From Nitrospira japonica (GTDB taxonomy: Bacteria; Nitrospirota; Thermodesulfovibrionia; Thermodesulfovibrionales; DYHX01): a DNA stretch of 52,584 nucleotides. Position numbers and translations under genes: made by a program. The stretch is taken from assembly GCA_020723925.1 (NCBI GenBank), contig DYHX01000003.1, positions 1 to 52,584 of the forward strand. The letters are read 5' to 3'. Every line of letters begins with the position of its first letter. Position 1 is the first letter of the stretch. Below, piece by piece: positions 8,189 to 17,636 of this stretch. The notes beneath the pieces are model-generated. The model saw only the letters and a list, made by a program, of their open reading frames with translations. It searched no databases and had not been told where the DNA came from.

Positions 8189-9929
8189 CAACAAAGAGGC
8201 TGATATAAACCTTTCAGGGCTTTCTACAATTATTAAGCTCAACAATATGTTTGGATTTCTCCCGATCAGTCTTAATGAAATGCTCTTAGCCACCGTGGGA
8301 GAGGTCTTAAAACTCTTTAACCCCAATAGCTGTGCTATTTTCATGATAAAGGATCAAGACGTAATAGAACTCGCAGCAATTCAAGGTAAAGAAAGCATTA
8401 AACCGGACTTTGACCCTCATAAGAGCCATGATATAAAGCACTGTAAGGTCGTAAGAGATAGTCTTCTCTTTGTGTCTGATGATAAACACCACTGCGCAAA
8501 CCGTCAACCTTATGGTGAAGGATATCCCTTTCATGTCTGTATTCCTATAATTGCTGAAAAGGTTGTAGGGGTACTTTCGATGGATTTTTTAAATAAAAAG
8601 GCCATTTTCTCTGATGAACTTAATATCCTTCTTTCTATAACCAATCAGGCAGCTATTGCAATTCAGCGCACTATGCTTTTCAATGACATGAAAAAGGAAA
8701 AGATAGAGCTTGAAACCGCTTACAAAGAGATACAAAAACTCAATAACGAACTCAGTAAGAAAATATCAGAGCTCAAAGATACTCAGGAGCAGTTATTACA
8801 GTCTCAAAAAATGGAGGCGCTGGGAAGACTGGCAGGCGGCATAGCCCATGATTTTAACAATTTGTTGACCGTTGTAATTGGATATTCTGAACTAACACTT
8901 AACGAATTGTCCCAGGAAAGTTCGCTCAGGTTCAATACTAACAAGGTATTAAAAGCTACTGACCGCCTAAAGTCACTAACTGGGCAGTTGCTTGCATTCA
9001 GCAGAAAGCAGTTTATTGATTCCCGTATAATAAACCCCAATAGATTAATAACTGATTTTGCTGTTATGCTAAAACGACTAATAGGGGAAGACATAGAGCT
9101 TGAGATAGCACTGTCGCCTGATGTCGGCAGCATAAGGGCTGACCACAGACAAATAGAACAGGTGATTATGAACCTGTGCATAAACTCAAAGCAGGCAATG
9201 CCAAACGGCGGGAAACTCTTTATAGAGACAAAAAATGTAAAGCTTAACGAAATATATACTAAGCATTATCTCGATATAACACCAGGGTGGTATGTGATGA
9301 TAGCCGTGTCAGACACAGGGCATGGCATGTCTGAAGATGTGATAGCTCACATATTTGAGCCTTTCTTTACAACCAGAGAAATAGGTCAGGGAACAGGTCT
9401 CGGGCTTTCTGTTGTTCACGGTATTGTAAAACAGCACAACGGCGGCATACGGGTATATAGTGAGATCGGGAAAGGCACAACCTTTGAGATATACCTTCCA
9501 ATCATTGAAGAGCCAATATCTGATTTAACTGAACCATATCAGGATTCAAATATGCCCAGAGGAAGTGAAAGCATTTTATTGGTTGAGGACGAAGATTTAG
9601 TAAGGGAACTCATAAGAGACATGCTCTCAGGGAGTGGATACAGCATCACAATAGCTTCAAACGGAGAGGAGACTATGAAACTCATCCAGAAGACCAACAG
9701 TTGCTTTGACCTATTGATAACCGATGTCGTTTTGCCCGGGATGAATGGCATGGAGCTTGCCAACAATATAAGGGCCTTAATACCAGATATAAAAGTCCTG
9801 TATATCTCAGGCCATAATGAAGATATAATACACAAATGCGGCGTATTAGAAGAAGGGATCTCATTTCTTCGAAAACCATTCACAGCGCTATCATTAAATA
9901 GTAAAGTCAGAGAGGTCTTAACATCTTAA
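8178..9929 (+). CDS. Cytoplasmic hybrid sensor kinase: GAF - coiled coil - HisKA - HATPase - REC
   Basis: GAF (HVCIPII..VVGVL..NQAAIAI), H-box GIAHDFNNLL, N-box NLCINSKQAM, DTGHGM, FEPFFTT, GTGLGL, REC (LLVEDE..DLLITDVVLPGMNG..FLRKPF); no TM helix; ATG at 8178 overlaps the RACo stop. Confidence 0.92.
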   Translation: MEGNNKEADINLSGLSTIIKLNNMFGFLPISLNEMLLATVGEVLKLFNPNSCAIFMIKDQDVIELAAIQGKESIKPDFDPHKSHDIKHCKVVRDSLLFVSDDKHHCANRQPYGEGYPFHVCIPIIAEKVVGVLSMDFLNKKAIFSDELNILLSITNQAAIAIQRTMLFNDMKKEKIELETAYKEIQKLNNELSKKISELKDTQEQLLQSQKMEALGRLAGGIAHDFNNLLTVVIGYSELTLNELSQESSLRFNTNKVLKATDRLKSLTGQLLAFSRKQFIDSRIINPNRLITDFAVMLKRLIGEDIELEIALSPDVGSIRADHRQIEQVIMNLCINSKQAMPNGGKLFIETKNVKLNEIYTKHYLDITPGWYVMIAVSDTGHGMSEDVIAHIFEPFFTTREIGQGTGLGLSVVHGIVKQHNGGIRVYSEIGKGTTFEIYLPIIEEPISDLTEPYQDSNMPRGSESILLVEDEDLVRELIRDMLSGSGYSITIASNGEETMKLIQKTNSCFDLLITDVVLPGMNGMELANNIRALIPDIKVLYISGHNEDIIHKCGVLEEGISFLRKPFTALSLNSKVREVLTS

Positions 9930-10012
9930 AACGCATCAGAAATATTCAACATATAATTTGGTCATTAGCCCAAAAGATGCAGACATGGATTCAAAATTTC
10001 TTCAATGCGACG

Positions 10013-10171
10013 TATTTATTACCTAAATTGAGCGATTTATTATGCAAACCCATGACAGCCGAGACGGCTGTCCTACCCTATGGGTATATAGGTGTTATCC
10101 AGTAGGACAGGCGTCTCGCCTGTCAAAGAGTGATTTATGATTAAAGAATCGCTCAATTTGGGTATTAAATA
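10013..10171. mobile_element. MITE/REP-like element: about 25 bp imperfect terminal inverted repeats enclosing an inverted pair of REP-like palindromes
   Basis: Left TATTTATTACCTAAATTGAGCGATT vs right AATCGCTCAATTTGGGTATTAAATA (2 mismatches); inner TGACAGCCGAGACGGCTGTCCTAC (10053-10076) inverted to GTAGGACAGGCGTCTCGCCTGTCA (10102-10125). Confidence 0.7.
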
Positions 10172-10241
10172 AAATCCGAAAGATAGCTTGCTATTTTTGG
10201 TAAAATTGAGATACTGCTGATGTGAAGGAGGCGATATACAG

Positions 10242-11357
10242 ATGAACGGTGCATTATTTCAGGGTTCATGGAAGATAACGACAATAATGGGGATACCTAT
10301 CAGGATTCATTTTTCATGGCTTATTGTCTTTGGTTTGATAACGTGGTCATTATCTACCTACTATTTCCCGAAGGCAGCCCCTGAACTTCCAGCAGCCTCT
10401 TACTGGATTAAAGGTGCTATAGCAGCATTCCTGCTCTTTGCCTCTGTTGCATTTCATGAACTTGCACATTCATATATCGCTAAGAAATACAGGATTTCTA
10501 TCATAAGTATTACACTGTTCATTTTCGGGGGCGTTGCACAGATGAAAGGAGAACCCCCACATCCAAAGGCAGAATTCAGGATTGCAATTGCTGGCCCCCT
10601 TTCGAGCTTTTTCTTATCAGGTCTTTTTTTTCTGCTCTATATAAATACGGTTGGTGCCGGAACAAAGGCCCTCTTTTCGTATCTTGCGCAGCTCAATTTT
10701 ATACTTGGAACATTCAATCTCATCCCGGGCTTTCCGATGGATGGTGGAAGGGTATTAAGGTCAATAATATGGAAAAGGACAAAAGATTACTTTTATGCCA
10801 CTCGAAAGGCATCCAGTTTCGGGCAGAAGATTGCCCTTTTCTTTATCTTTTTTGGATTGTTCTCGATCTTCACAGGCTTCCCGGGGGGATTATGGCTGAT
10901 GCTCATAGGCTGGTTTCTTTATACTGCAGCCCAGGCGAGTTATCAGCAGGCAACCCTTCAGGAGACCCTTTCAGGCATTAAAGTCAAAGATATAATGGTG
11001 AGGGATATTGTGACTCTCAGTTCATCGATTGCTATCGACGAGGCTGTGGATAGTTATTTTCTTAGATATGGATATGGTGGATTTCCTGTTGTCGAGGATG
11101 GAAAATTTCTCGGCATCATAACCCTTAAAGAGGTTAAAGATGTTCCCAGGGAGGACTGGGGAAAGGTGAAGGTGTCTGATGTTTTAGTGCCCCATAACAA
11201 AAAGTGGGAGGTGTCCCCTGAGGTCGATACAATGAAGGCCCTTGAATTAATGATAAACGAAGACAAGGGGAGGCTTGTGGTTACAGAGAAAGACAGTATC
11301 ATAGGTTTAATCACAAGAAATGGCATTGCACGGTATGTGCAGATTATGGGGAGATAA
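10242..11357 (+). CDS. Site-2 protease (M50) with tandem CBS domains
   Basis: HELAH, IAIAGP, FNLIPGFPMDGGR, multiple TM helices, C-terminal CBS pair; AGGAGG RBS. Confidence 0.93.
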   Translation: MNGALFQGSWKITTIMGIPIRIHFSWLIVFGLITWSLSTYYFPKAAPELPAASYWIKGAIAAFLLFASVAFHELAHSYIAKKYRISIISITLFIFGGVAQMKGEPPHPKAEFRIAIAGPLSSFFLSGLFFLLYINTVGAGTKALFSYLAQLNFILGTFNLIPGFPMDGGRVLRSIIWKRTKDYFYATRKASSFGQKIALFFIFFGLFSIFTGFPGGLWLMLIGWFLYTAAQASYQQATLQETLSGIKVKDIMVRDIVTLSSSIAIDEAVDSYFLRYGYGGFPVVEDGKFLGIITLKEVKDVPREDWGKVKVSDVLVPHNKKWEVSPEVDTMKALELMINEDKGRLVVTEKDSIIGLITRNGIARYVQIMGR

Positions 11358-11369
11358 CATGGTAATTAA

Positions 11370-14354
11370 CTAAAGGGTTACGACAAACTCCAGCTCTTTT
11401 TCTCCTGACAAAAATCCCTTCCTCAAAACCCTGACCTTCACAGTATCGCCCTGTTTTTTATAGAGGAGAAATATCTTTATGTCATCTACACTTTCAATTC
11501 TGGTGTCGTCCAATGAAATGATAATGTCATTCTTTTTTAACCCAGCCTTTTCTGAGACACTGTCTTTTGGGAAGCCCTCTATCTTTACCTTCCCATCTTT
11601 TTCGCTTAGCATGACCATAAGCTTTGGCGAAGAGGGTGGGGTTATTTGCTCAGGGAAGAGGATATAATCAGCAATATCCCTTTCAACAGACGTGTCATTC
11701 AGTATTATTGCATAATCGAACCCATTGCGCCTGAATGCCCTTTTCGGAATTCCAGAGCCAAAAGACATATGGCCAACTCCTGCAAGTACAACCATTTGAT
11801 GGGCAGGATTTTTCTTAAGGAATTCATCTATTGATTGAGCCATGGTCTCATCCCATAGAATCTGTGCCTGATAGAAGAAGTCAAAGTTCCTGTTTTCTGA
11901 TCCCTTATGTTTCTCAAAAACCTCCTTGAGGCTATTCTTGTATTTTTCATCTGTCAAATCCATGTTCTCTGGTATCTCTCTCTTCTCCTCTTCTGTCAGG
12001 GAATCAAGGCCGGCCGTCGAGACTTTATTTACAATTTCTCTACTTATATTTAGGGCTACTACAGGTATTTTTACTTCCCTTGCAAACTCTATAATATCCC
12101 TGTAGAGATTGTAGTCAAATCCCCATCTCTTAAAATACTGAGATGACTTCAGAAATTCCTTTTCGTCTATTTTGCCTGCCGTATAATCATCCAGTGCCTT
12201 TTGAAATGGCCTCTGAAACATCTCCATGCCTATGGCTATTTTTGGATTTTTCTTGTAAAGGGCATTGATTACCTCAAGCTGAACCATGTGGTGTTCATAC
12301 CTGTCGTGGGATTCTCCAACATAGATTATCTTTTTATCTGAAACCCTCTTTATTATTTCATTGATGTCCAGAATCTTTGCCACCTCGACACCAACTGCAG
12401 GCTCTGTCAAAGGCATCCTTAACCCCCTTTCGCTTTTGTCGATCCTTTTTTCAATATTTTTCCCTTCTTTAAAAGCAGTCATGCTGTATTTCCCATAGTG
12501 GAATATCTTTTTAGCCGCTGCGTTTACCTCTTCTTTTGAATCACCGTGTGCAATGGCGATCACCCTGGATGAGTTCCATGGGTTTTCTTTTACCATAAAT
12601 ATAAAGCCTGAAGATGGATGTTCTATCTTTCCAAAAAGCCTTTTGATAATGGGGCTTTCACTGCCGAGGACAAGAAGAGAAGATGTTTTTATATCCTCTT
12701 CCTTCACCTCTTTTTCTTCTTTTACGCTAAAGCCTTTTCTCTTGAAAAGCCCGACCATACCAGAATAGACTTCTCCATCTTTTTGCGGGAGGACTATCAG
12801 CCTTTTTTCATCTCCAAGAAGCCTTGCTATTACAGGGGGGATTTCTTTTGAAGATGGTTTTTTGAAGACATCATAGTCTTCATCGAGGATTATCTCCATT
12901 GGCTTTTCCTGGGTAAGAATTTCAAAACTCTTTTTTTCACTATCAACCCTTGCGACCTCTTTTATTTCCCCCCTGGCTGTTTTAATTGTGACCGGAATGT
13001 CAAGGATATATGATCTTCCTTTCTGGACAATATCAAAGACCACTGCCCATTGAATACCTTTTCCTTTTACCTTCGGGTTTTTTATCTCCAGAACAGGAGC
13101 TCCTTTTTCGTCCACCCATTGTCTGAAAAACCAGCCAAGATCTTTTCCTGAGATCTTTTCGAATATCCTCTTAATGTCAGCCCATGATGCCTTCTGAAAT
13201 CTCTTTTCTTCCATAAAGGCTCTAAGAGACCGATAAAACCTTTCTTCACCCACAAGTTTCTTGAGCATGTGAAAGACCATTGCCCCTTTTCCATAGCCTA
13301 TGGCCTTTGATGCGAGATCTGTCCTGCTGATGAAATTCTTAAGTGGAGTCTCATTCCCTGAAGTGACATAACTTTCGTAGTCTATTAGAATCTGTTTTCT
13401 GTATTCCAGGCCTCTTCCTTTTTGCTCTTCATATAGATAGTCTGAGAGATATGTGGTCAGCCCCTCTGCCCAGTTTCCCTTTTCATAATCAATATAAACG
13501 AGATTTCCAAACCACTGGTGGAGCACTTCATGTCCAAGTGATGTCTCTACGATAAATGGGAGTCTCACTACATCCTGTCCAAGAAGGGTGAAGGTTGGCA
13601 TTGCATATCCTGTTGGAAGAAAATTTTCTACAACCGAAAATCTTTTATAGGGATATTTTCCTATAAGCTTTTCGTATAGCTCTAAATATTTTTTAGTGTA
13701 TTCTAAATAGATGCTGGCAAGGCCGATATCTTCAGGGAAAAAATAGGCGTAGATGTCAATACCCCTGAAGCTTTCTTTTACAACTTTATACCTGCTCGCT
13801 ATTAAGCTTATACCGTCAACTGGATGGGGGAAGATAAAGGAAAATTCCTTTGCACCTGACTTTATCTCAGTCTTTATCTCCTCCGCCTCTGATACAGCCT
13901 CATAATCTTCTATGAGCGTTACTTTCAGATTATAATAGGAAAGCCCTTCTATGGCAGGATACCAGTTTCCTGTGAGAAATATCCCCTTTTTGCCGATAAC
14001 ACTCTTTGAGACCGCTCCATAATTTGTGATACCTTCTAAGCTTCCACCGTTTTCGAGTATTGCTTCATACCATATTTCTAGAATACTGCCTTTCTCATGT
14101 TTTATCCTGACGACACCTTTTTTAATATCTGGTTTTATGGGTTTGCCATTGAGTTTTGCAGAAATGATATTGAGGTTCTCTGTATGAATTAAAGTCTCTC
14201 TCCCATCTGATAGGGTGATTCGGGATATGCCCTTGAGAAGACTTTTCTCTATATCAAAAGAGACATCAAGGTTATGAAAGGGCATACCTTCTTCTGCCAT
14301 GGAAACCCAGGGGAGTAAAAGTAAAAGGATAACCAGCAGTATATTCACTCGCAC
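11370..14354 (-). CDS. Exported M1-family aminopeptidase fused to ChaN-like and PDZ domains
   Basis: Signal peptide (VNILLVILLLLLPWVSMA), HEVLH-x18-E (NWAEGLTTY), YGKGAMVFHML; ChaN-like IYVGESHD..IGMEMF..WDETMA..LAGVGH; PDZ (SVSEKAGLKKNDIIISLD). Start uncertain: GTG 14354 or 14348 rather than 14564. Confidence 0.85.
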   Translation of the reverse strand: MRVNILLVILLLLLPWVSMAEEGMPFHNLDVSFDIEKSLLKGISRITLSDGRETLIHTENLNIISAKLNGKPIKPDIKKGVVRIKHEKGSILEIWYEAILENGGSLEGITNYGAVSKSVIGKKGIFLTGNWYPAIEGLSYYNLKVTLIEDYEAVSEAEEIKTEIKSGAKEFSFIFPHPVDGISLIASRYKVVKESFRGIDIYAYFFPEDIGLASIYLEYTKKYLELYEKLIGKYPYKRFSVVENFLPTGYAMPTFTLLGQDVVRLPFIVETSLGHEVLHQWFGNLVYIDYEKGNWAEGLTTYLSDYLYEEQKGRGLEYRKQILIDYESYVTSGNETPLKNFISRTDLASKAIGYGKGAMVFHMLKKLVGEERFYRSLRAFMEEKRFQKASWADIKRIFEKISGKDLGWFFRQWVDEKGAPVLEIKNPKVKGKGIQWAVVFDIVQKGRSYILDIPVTIKTARGEIKEVARVDSEKKSFEILTQEKPMEIILDEDYDVFKKPSSKEIPPVIARLLGDEKRLIVLPQKDGEVYSGMVGLFKRKGFSVKEEKEVKEEDIKTSSLLVLGSESPIIKRLFGKIEHPSSGFIFMVKENPWNSSRVIAIAHGDSKEEVNAAAKKIFHYGKYSMTAFKEGKNIEKRIDKSERGLRMPLTEPAVGVEVAKILDINEIIKRVSDKKIIYVGESHDRYEHHMVQLEVINALYKKNPKIAIGMEMFQRPFQKALDDYTAGKIDEKEFLKSSQYFKRWGFDYNLYRDIIEFAREVKIPVVALNISREIVNKVSTAGLDSLTEEEKREIPENMDLTDEKYKNSLKEVFEKHKGSENRNFDFFYQAQILWDETMAQSIDEFLKKNPAHQMVVLAGVGHMSFGSGIPKRAFRRNGFDYAIILNDTSVERDIADYILFPEQITPPSSPKLMVMLSEKDGKVKIEGFPKDSVSEKAGLKKNDIIISLDDTRIESVDDIKIFLLYKKQGDTVKVRVLRKGFLSGEKELEFVVTL

Positions 14355-14645
14355 TGTTTTTCCCAAAAATAGACATAGAGTTATAAACTGGTTAATACCA
14401 ATATCTGAGGTAGGCATGGCAGGTGAAAAATTTTTAGTTCGACACCTTGAAATCCTACCTGTAAAAATAAACCGTATGCACCTCAAAAACCATTGATAAA
14501 ACAATGAGATAGATATGTCCATTTCTGATAATCTGTCGATTCTAAAAATTATGAATCCTGCCATGCCTGCCTTCTATGTCTATTTTTCGGGGTTTTTCCT
14601 CGATTTTGCATTTTGATTTTTATTCGACTATGCTACCATAAAATT

Positions 14646-16652
14646 ATGGAATTTGAATTCTTAAAATCACTGGTTATTATCTTTGGTGTCTCAGCCCTGG
14701 TGGTCTTTCTTCTTAACCGACTGAAGATACCCTCTATTGTCGGTTTTCTTATAGCAGGCGTCATTATCGGCCCTCACGGGCTTGGGTTGGTAAAGGATGT
14801 CCATGATGTAGAGCTTCTTGCTGAGATTGGCGTAATACTTCTTCTTTTCGTAATAGGTATCGAGTTCTCTCTATCCAACCTCATGAGGATGAAAAAGGCT
14901 GTAATCGGAGGCGGAGGAGCACAGGTAGCCCTCACCATATTGTTATCCGCCGGGGCAGCATATCTTGTTACCGGGAACACCAACAGATCAGTTTTCTTTG
15001 GCTTTCTTGTCGCCTTAAGCAGCACTGCCATAGTTCTCAAGATGCTTTCTGAAAGGGCTGAGACAGACTCTCCCCACGGACGCATGATGGTAGGCATCTT
15101 GATATTCCAGGACCTCTGTGTTGTACCTCTTATGTTCCTTATCCCTGCAATGGGAGGGGAGGGCATAAGTATTCCAGTGTTGGCGATAAAGATGGGGAAG
15201 GCGGCACTCTTAGTTGCTGCTATTCTGCTATTAGCAAGGTGGATTGTGCCAGGGCTTTTACATCAGGTCGTTCATACAAGGAGCCGTGAGCTTTTTATAA
15301 CAACTATCATACTCCTGTGTTTGGGGATAGCACTTCTCACCTCAAAGTTTGGCCTTTCACTTGCCCTTGGGGCTTTTTTGGCTGGCCTTGTTGTATCTGA
15401 ATCAGAATACGCACACCAGGCCACATCAGAGATACTCCCATTCAAGGACAGCTTCATCGGACTTTTTTTCGTGTCTGTCGGTATGCTGATGGATATTGGT
15501 TTTATGTCGGATAATTGCCTGGTAATCGCAATGGCAGTTACAGCAATATTCGGCCTCAAGACGATAACAGGTATGCTATCGGCCATTGTAATAGGCAGCC
15601 CCCTCAGGACTGCCTTGCACACAGGGCTTGGCCTTGCACAGATAGGAGAGTTTTCCTTTGTCCTTGCAGTCGCAGGAAAGGCTGTTGGGCTTATAACAGA
15701 GGATTTTTACCAGATATTCCTTTCATCCTCTGTGGCGACCATGATAATGACACCTTTTGTGCTCAAGTCAGCGCCAACAGTGTCAGGCTGGATAACATCG
15801 AGGTCTCTGCTTAAGCGGGCGAGCAGGATGAGAAAGATTTCTGAGGGCCAGGCGTTTCCAAGGAAAAAATCAGGCCATGTCATCATTGTTGGCTTTGGGC
15901 TGAATGGCAGAAATCTGGCCAGAGTCTTGAAAAGGGCAGACATACCATATGTCGTCCTTGAATTAAATAGCGGTGCAGTCAGGGAGATGAAGAAAAAGGG
16001 GGAGCCGATATATTATGGCGATGGAACCAGCACTGGAATAATGCAGAAGCTAGGCATTAGCAGGGCCAGGCTCCTTGTGATTGCCATCTCTGACCCTACT
16101 TCAACAAGAAGGATGGTGGATATAGCAAGGAAGGAAAACCCAGACCTCTATATCATTGTGAGGACACGTTATCTGGCCGAGGTTGATGACCTCAAGGCAC
16201 TCGGCGCCAATGAGGTTATCCCAGAGGAGTTCGAGACCTCCATAGAGATATTCTCAAGGGTGCTTCACCAATACCAATTCCCAAGGAATGTGATAACAGA
16301 GCATATTGAGCGGATAAGAAGCGATAGCTATGAGGTTTTAAGGAAAGTCGAAATACCAAAAAAGCACTTAGTTGAGAGCGAAATGCTTGCGGGGATTGAA
16401 ACCGAGACTTTTCTCATAAAGGAAGGCTCTCATGTAGCCGGGCATTCTATCCGTGACCTTCACCTCCGCTCTGAGACAGGGGCCACAATAATAGCAGTGG
16501 AGCGTGAAGATAAGATTCATCAGAATCCTGAGCCTGGTTTTATCCTGAAACCTAACGACATAATCTTATTGATTGGCAAAAAAGAAGATATAAACCATGC
16601 AATAGAATTTTTGGAATCAGATAGGTTTATTGTATGGAAATATCACCGTTGA
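14646..16652 (+). CDS. CPA2 monovalent cation:proton antiporter (KefC-like) with TrkA-N and TrkA-C domains
   Basis: About 13 TM helices, LSSTAIV, ILIFQD, LAQIGEFSFVL, Rossmann GFGLNG, YYGDG, C-terminal RCK-C. Confidence 0.92.
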   Translation: MEFEFLKSLVIIFGVSALVVFLLNRLKIPSIVGFLIAGVIIGPHGLGLVKDVHDVELLAEIGVILLLFVIGIEFSLSNLMRMKKAVIGGGGAQVALTILLSAGAAYLVTGNTNRSVFFGFLVALSSTAIVLKMLSERAETDSPHGRMMVGILIFQDLCVVPLMFLIPAMGGEGISIPVLAIKMGKAALLVAAILLLARWIVPGLLHQVVHTRSRELFITTIILLCLGIALLTSKFGLSLALGAFLAGLVVSESEYAHQATSEILPFKDSFIGLFFVSVGMLMDIGFMSDNCLVIAMAVTAIFGLKTITGMLSAIVIGSPLRTALHTGLGLAQIGEFSFVLAVAGKAVGLITEDFYQIFLSSSVATMIMTPFVLKSAPTVSGWITSRSLLKRASRMRKISEGQAFPRKKSGHVIIVGFGLNGRNLARVLKRADIPYVVLELNSGAVREMKKKGEPIYYGDGTSTGIMQKLGISRARLLVIAISDPTSTRRMVDIARKENPDLYIIVRTRYLAEVDDLKALGANEVIPEEFETSIEIFSRVLHQYQFPRNVITEHIERIRSDSYEVLRKVEIPKKHLVESEMLAGIETETFLIKEGSHVAGHSIRDLHLRSETGATIIAVEREDKIHQNPEPGFILKPNDIILLIGKKEDINHAIEFLESDRFIVWKYHR

Positions 16653-16727
16653 GATTAAACTGATATATATATAATATCATTGTCTGGCAGGAATGAAAAT
16701 TGACTTCTATCCGATACGAAATTATTA

Positions 16728-16780
16728 TAAACGTAAGACGTGAAACGTAGTTGCCGTTTCACATCTCACGTCTTACATCA
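16728..16780. repeat. Degenerate 7-mer tandem repeat with inverted counterpart
   Basis: AAACGTA-AGACGTG-AAACGTA followed by CGTTTCA-CATCTCA-CGTCTTA-CATC, just before the thyX RBS. Confidence 0.55.
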
Positions 16781-16790
16781 GGGAGTCTAT

Positions 16791-17546
16791 ATGCCAGAAG
16801 CGAAACTAAAGGTAATCCTTTTACGCCACACTCCAAATCCTGAGGAGACCATTGCCATGGCTGCGAAGCTCTGCTACAGTCCTGCTGATATTGAATCCCT
16901 TAAAGATAAAATTGAGACTAAAGACCAAAAGATATTTGTAGAGAAACTTGTAAAGATGGGACATATGTCTCCCATTGAGCATGCGTCTTTCACTTTTGCA
17001 ATAGAGGGTATTTCTCGCGCATGTTCTCATCAGCTTGTCCGTCACAGGCTTGCCTCATACAGCCAGCAATCACAGAGATATGTATCAGAATCCAGAGCAC
17101 AGAGCACAGAACACAGAGCACAGACATTTGACTATATAATTCCACCTTCTATAGCAGAAGAACGGGAGGCAAAGAAGGCATTTGAGAATTTTATGATTGA
17201 AGCACAACGGGCATATGATTTCCTTGTCAGAAAGCTGAATGAAAAGGGCATAAAGGGCGAGGCTGCCAATCAGGATGCGAGGTTTGTGCTCCCAAACGCT
17301 GCAGAGACAAAGATAATCGTTACGATGAATGCAAGGGAGCTGCTGCATTTCTTCAGGCAGAGATGCTGCAACCGCGCACAATGGGAGATAAGGGCAATGG
17401 CAGAGATGATGCTACAGTCGGTAAAGGGTGTTGCCCCTGTAGTATTTGCTAAAGCAGGCCCAGGGTGCCTCTATGCACCATGCCCCGAGGGTGAATACAC
17501 ATGCGGAAAGATAAAAGCGGTGAGGAAGAAGTATGGAGTTAAGTAG
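16791..17546 (+). CDS. thyX: Flavin-dependent thymidylate synthase ThyX (with repeat-derived insertion)
   Basis: GHMSPIEH, ThyX motif RHRLASYSQQSQRY, DARFVLPNA, MNARELLHF, AQWEIR; start at ATG 16791 after GGGAG. Confidence 0.95.
   Translation: MPEAKLKVILLRHTPNPEETIAMAAKLCYSPADIESLKDKIETKDQKIFVEKLVKMGHMSPIEHASFTFAIEGISRACSHQLVRHRLASYSQQSQRYVSESRAQSTEHRAQTFDYIIPPSIAEEREAKKAFENFMIEAQRAYDFLVRKLNEKGIKGEAANQDARFVLPNAAETKIIVTMNARELLHFFRQRCCNRAQWEIRAMAEMMLQSVKGVAPVVFAKAGPGCLYAPCPEGEYTCGKIKAVRKKYGVK
17093..17126 (+). repeat. Intragenic heptamer tandem repeat (CAGAGCA)n in thyX
   Basis: CAGAGCA CAGAGCA CAGAACA CAGAGCA CAGACA encoding RAQSTEHRAQT. Confidence 0.85.
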
Positions 17547-17636
17547 AAAGGAATGATATTGCTTATTTAAATATGTGATATGATGGTATTAAAATCAGGC
17601 TAATATTGATATTAATCAGTACTACAGGGAGGGACT

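Noticed and set aside
14355-14564. N-terminal 70-aa extension of the M1-ChaN-PDZ ORF
   Set aside because: Precedes a clear signal peptide and looks non-coding; probably the divergent promoter region.
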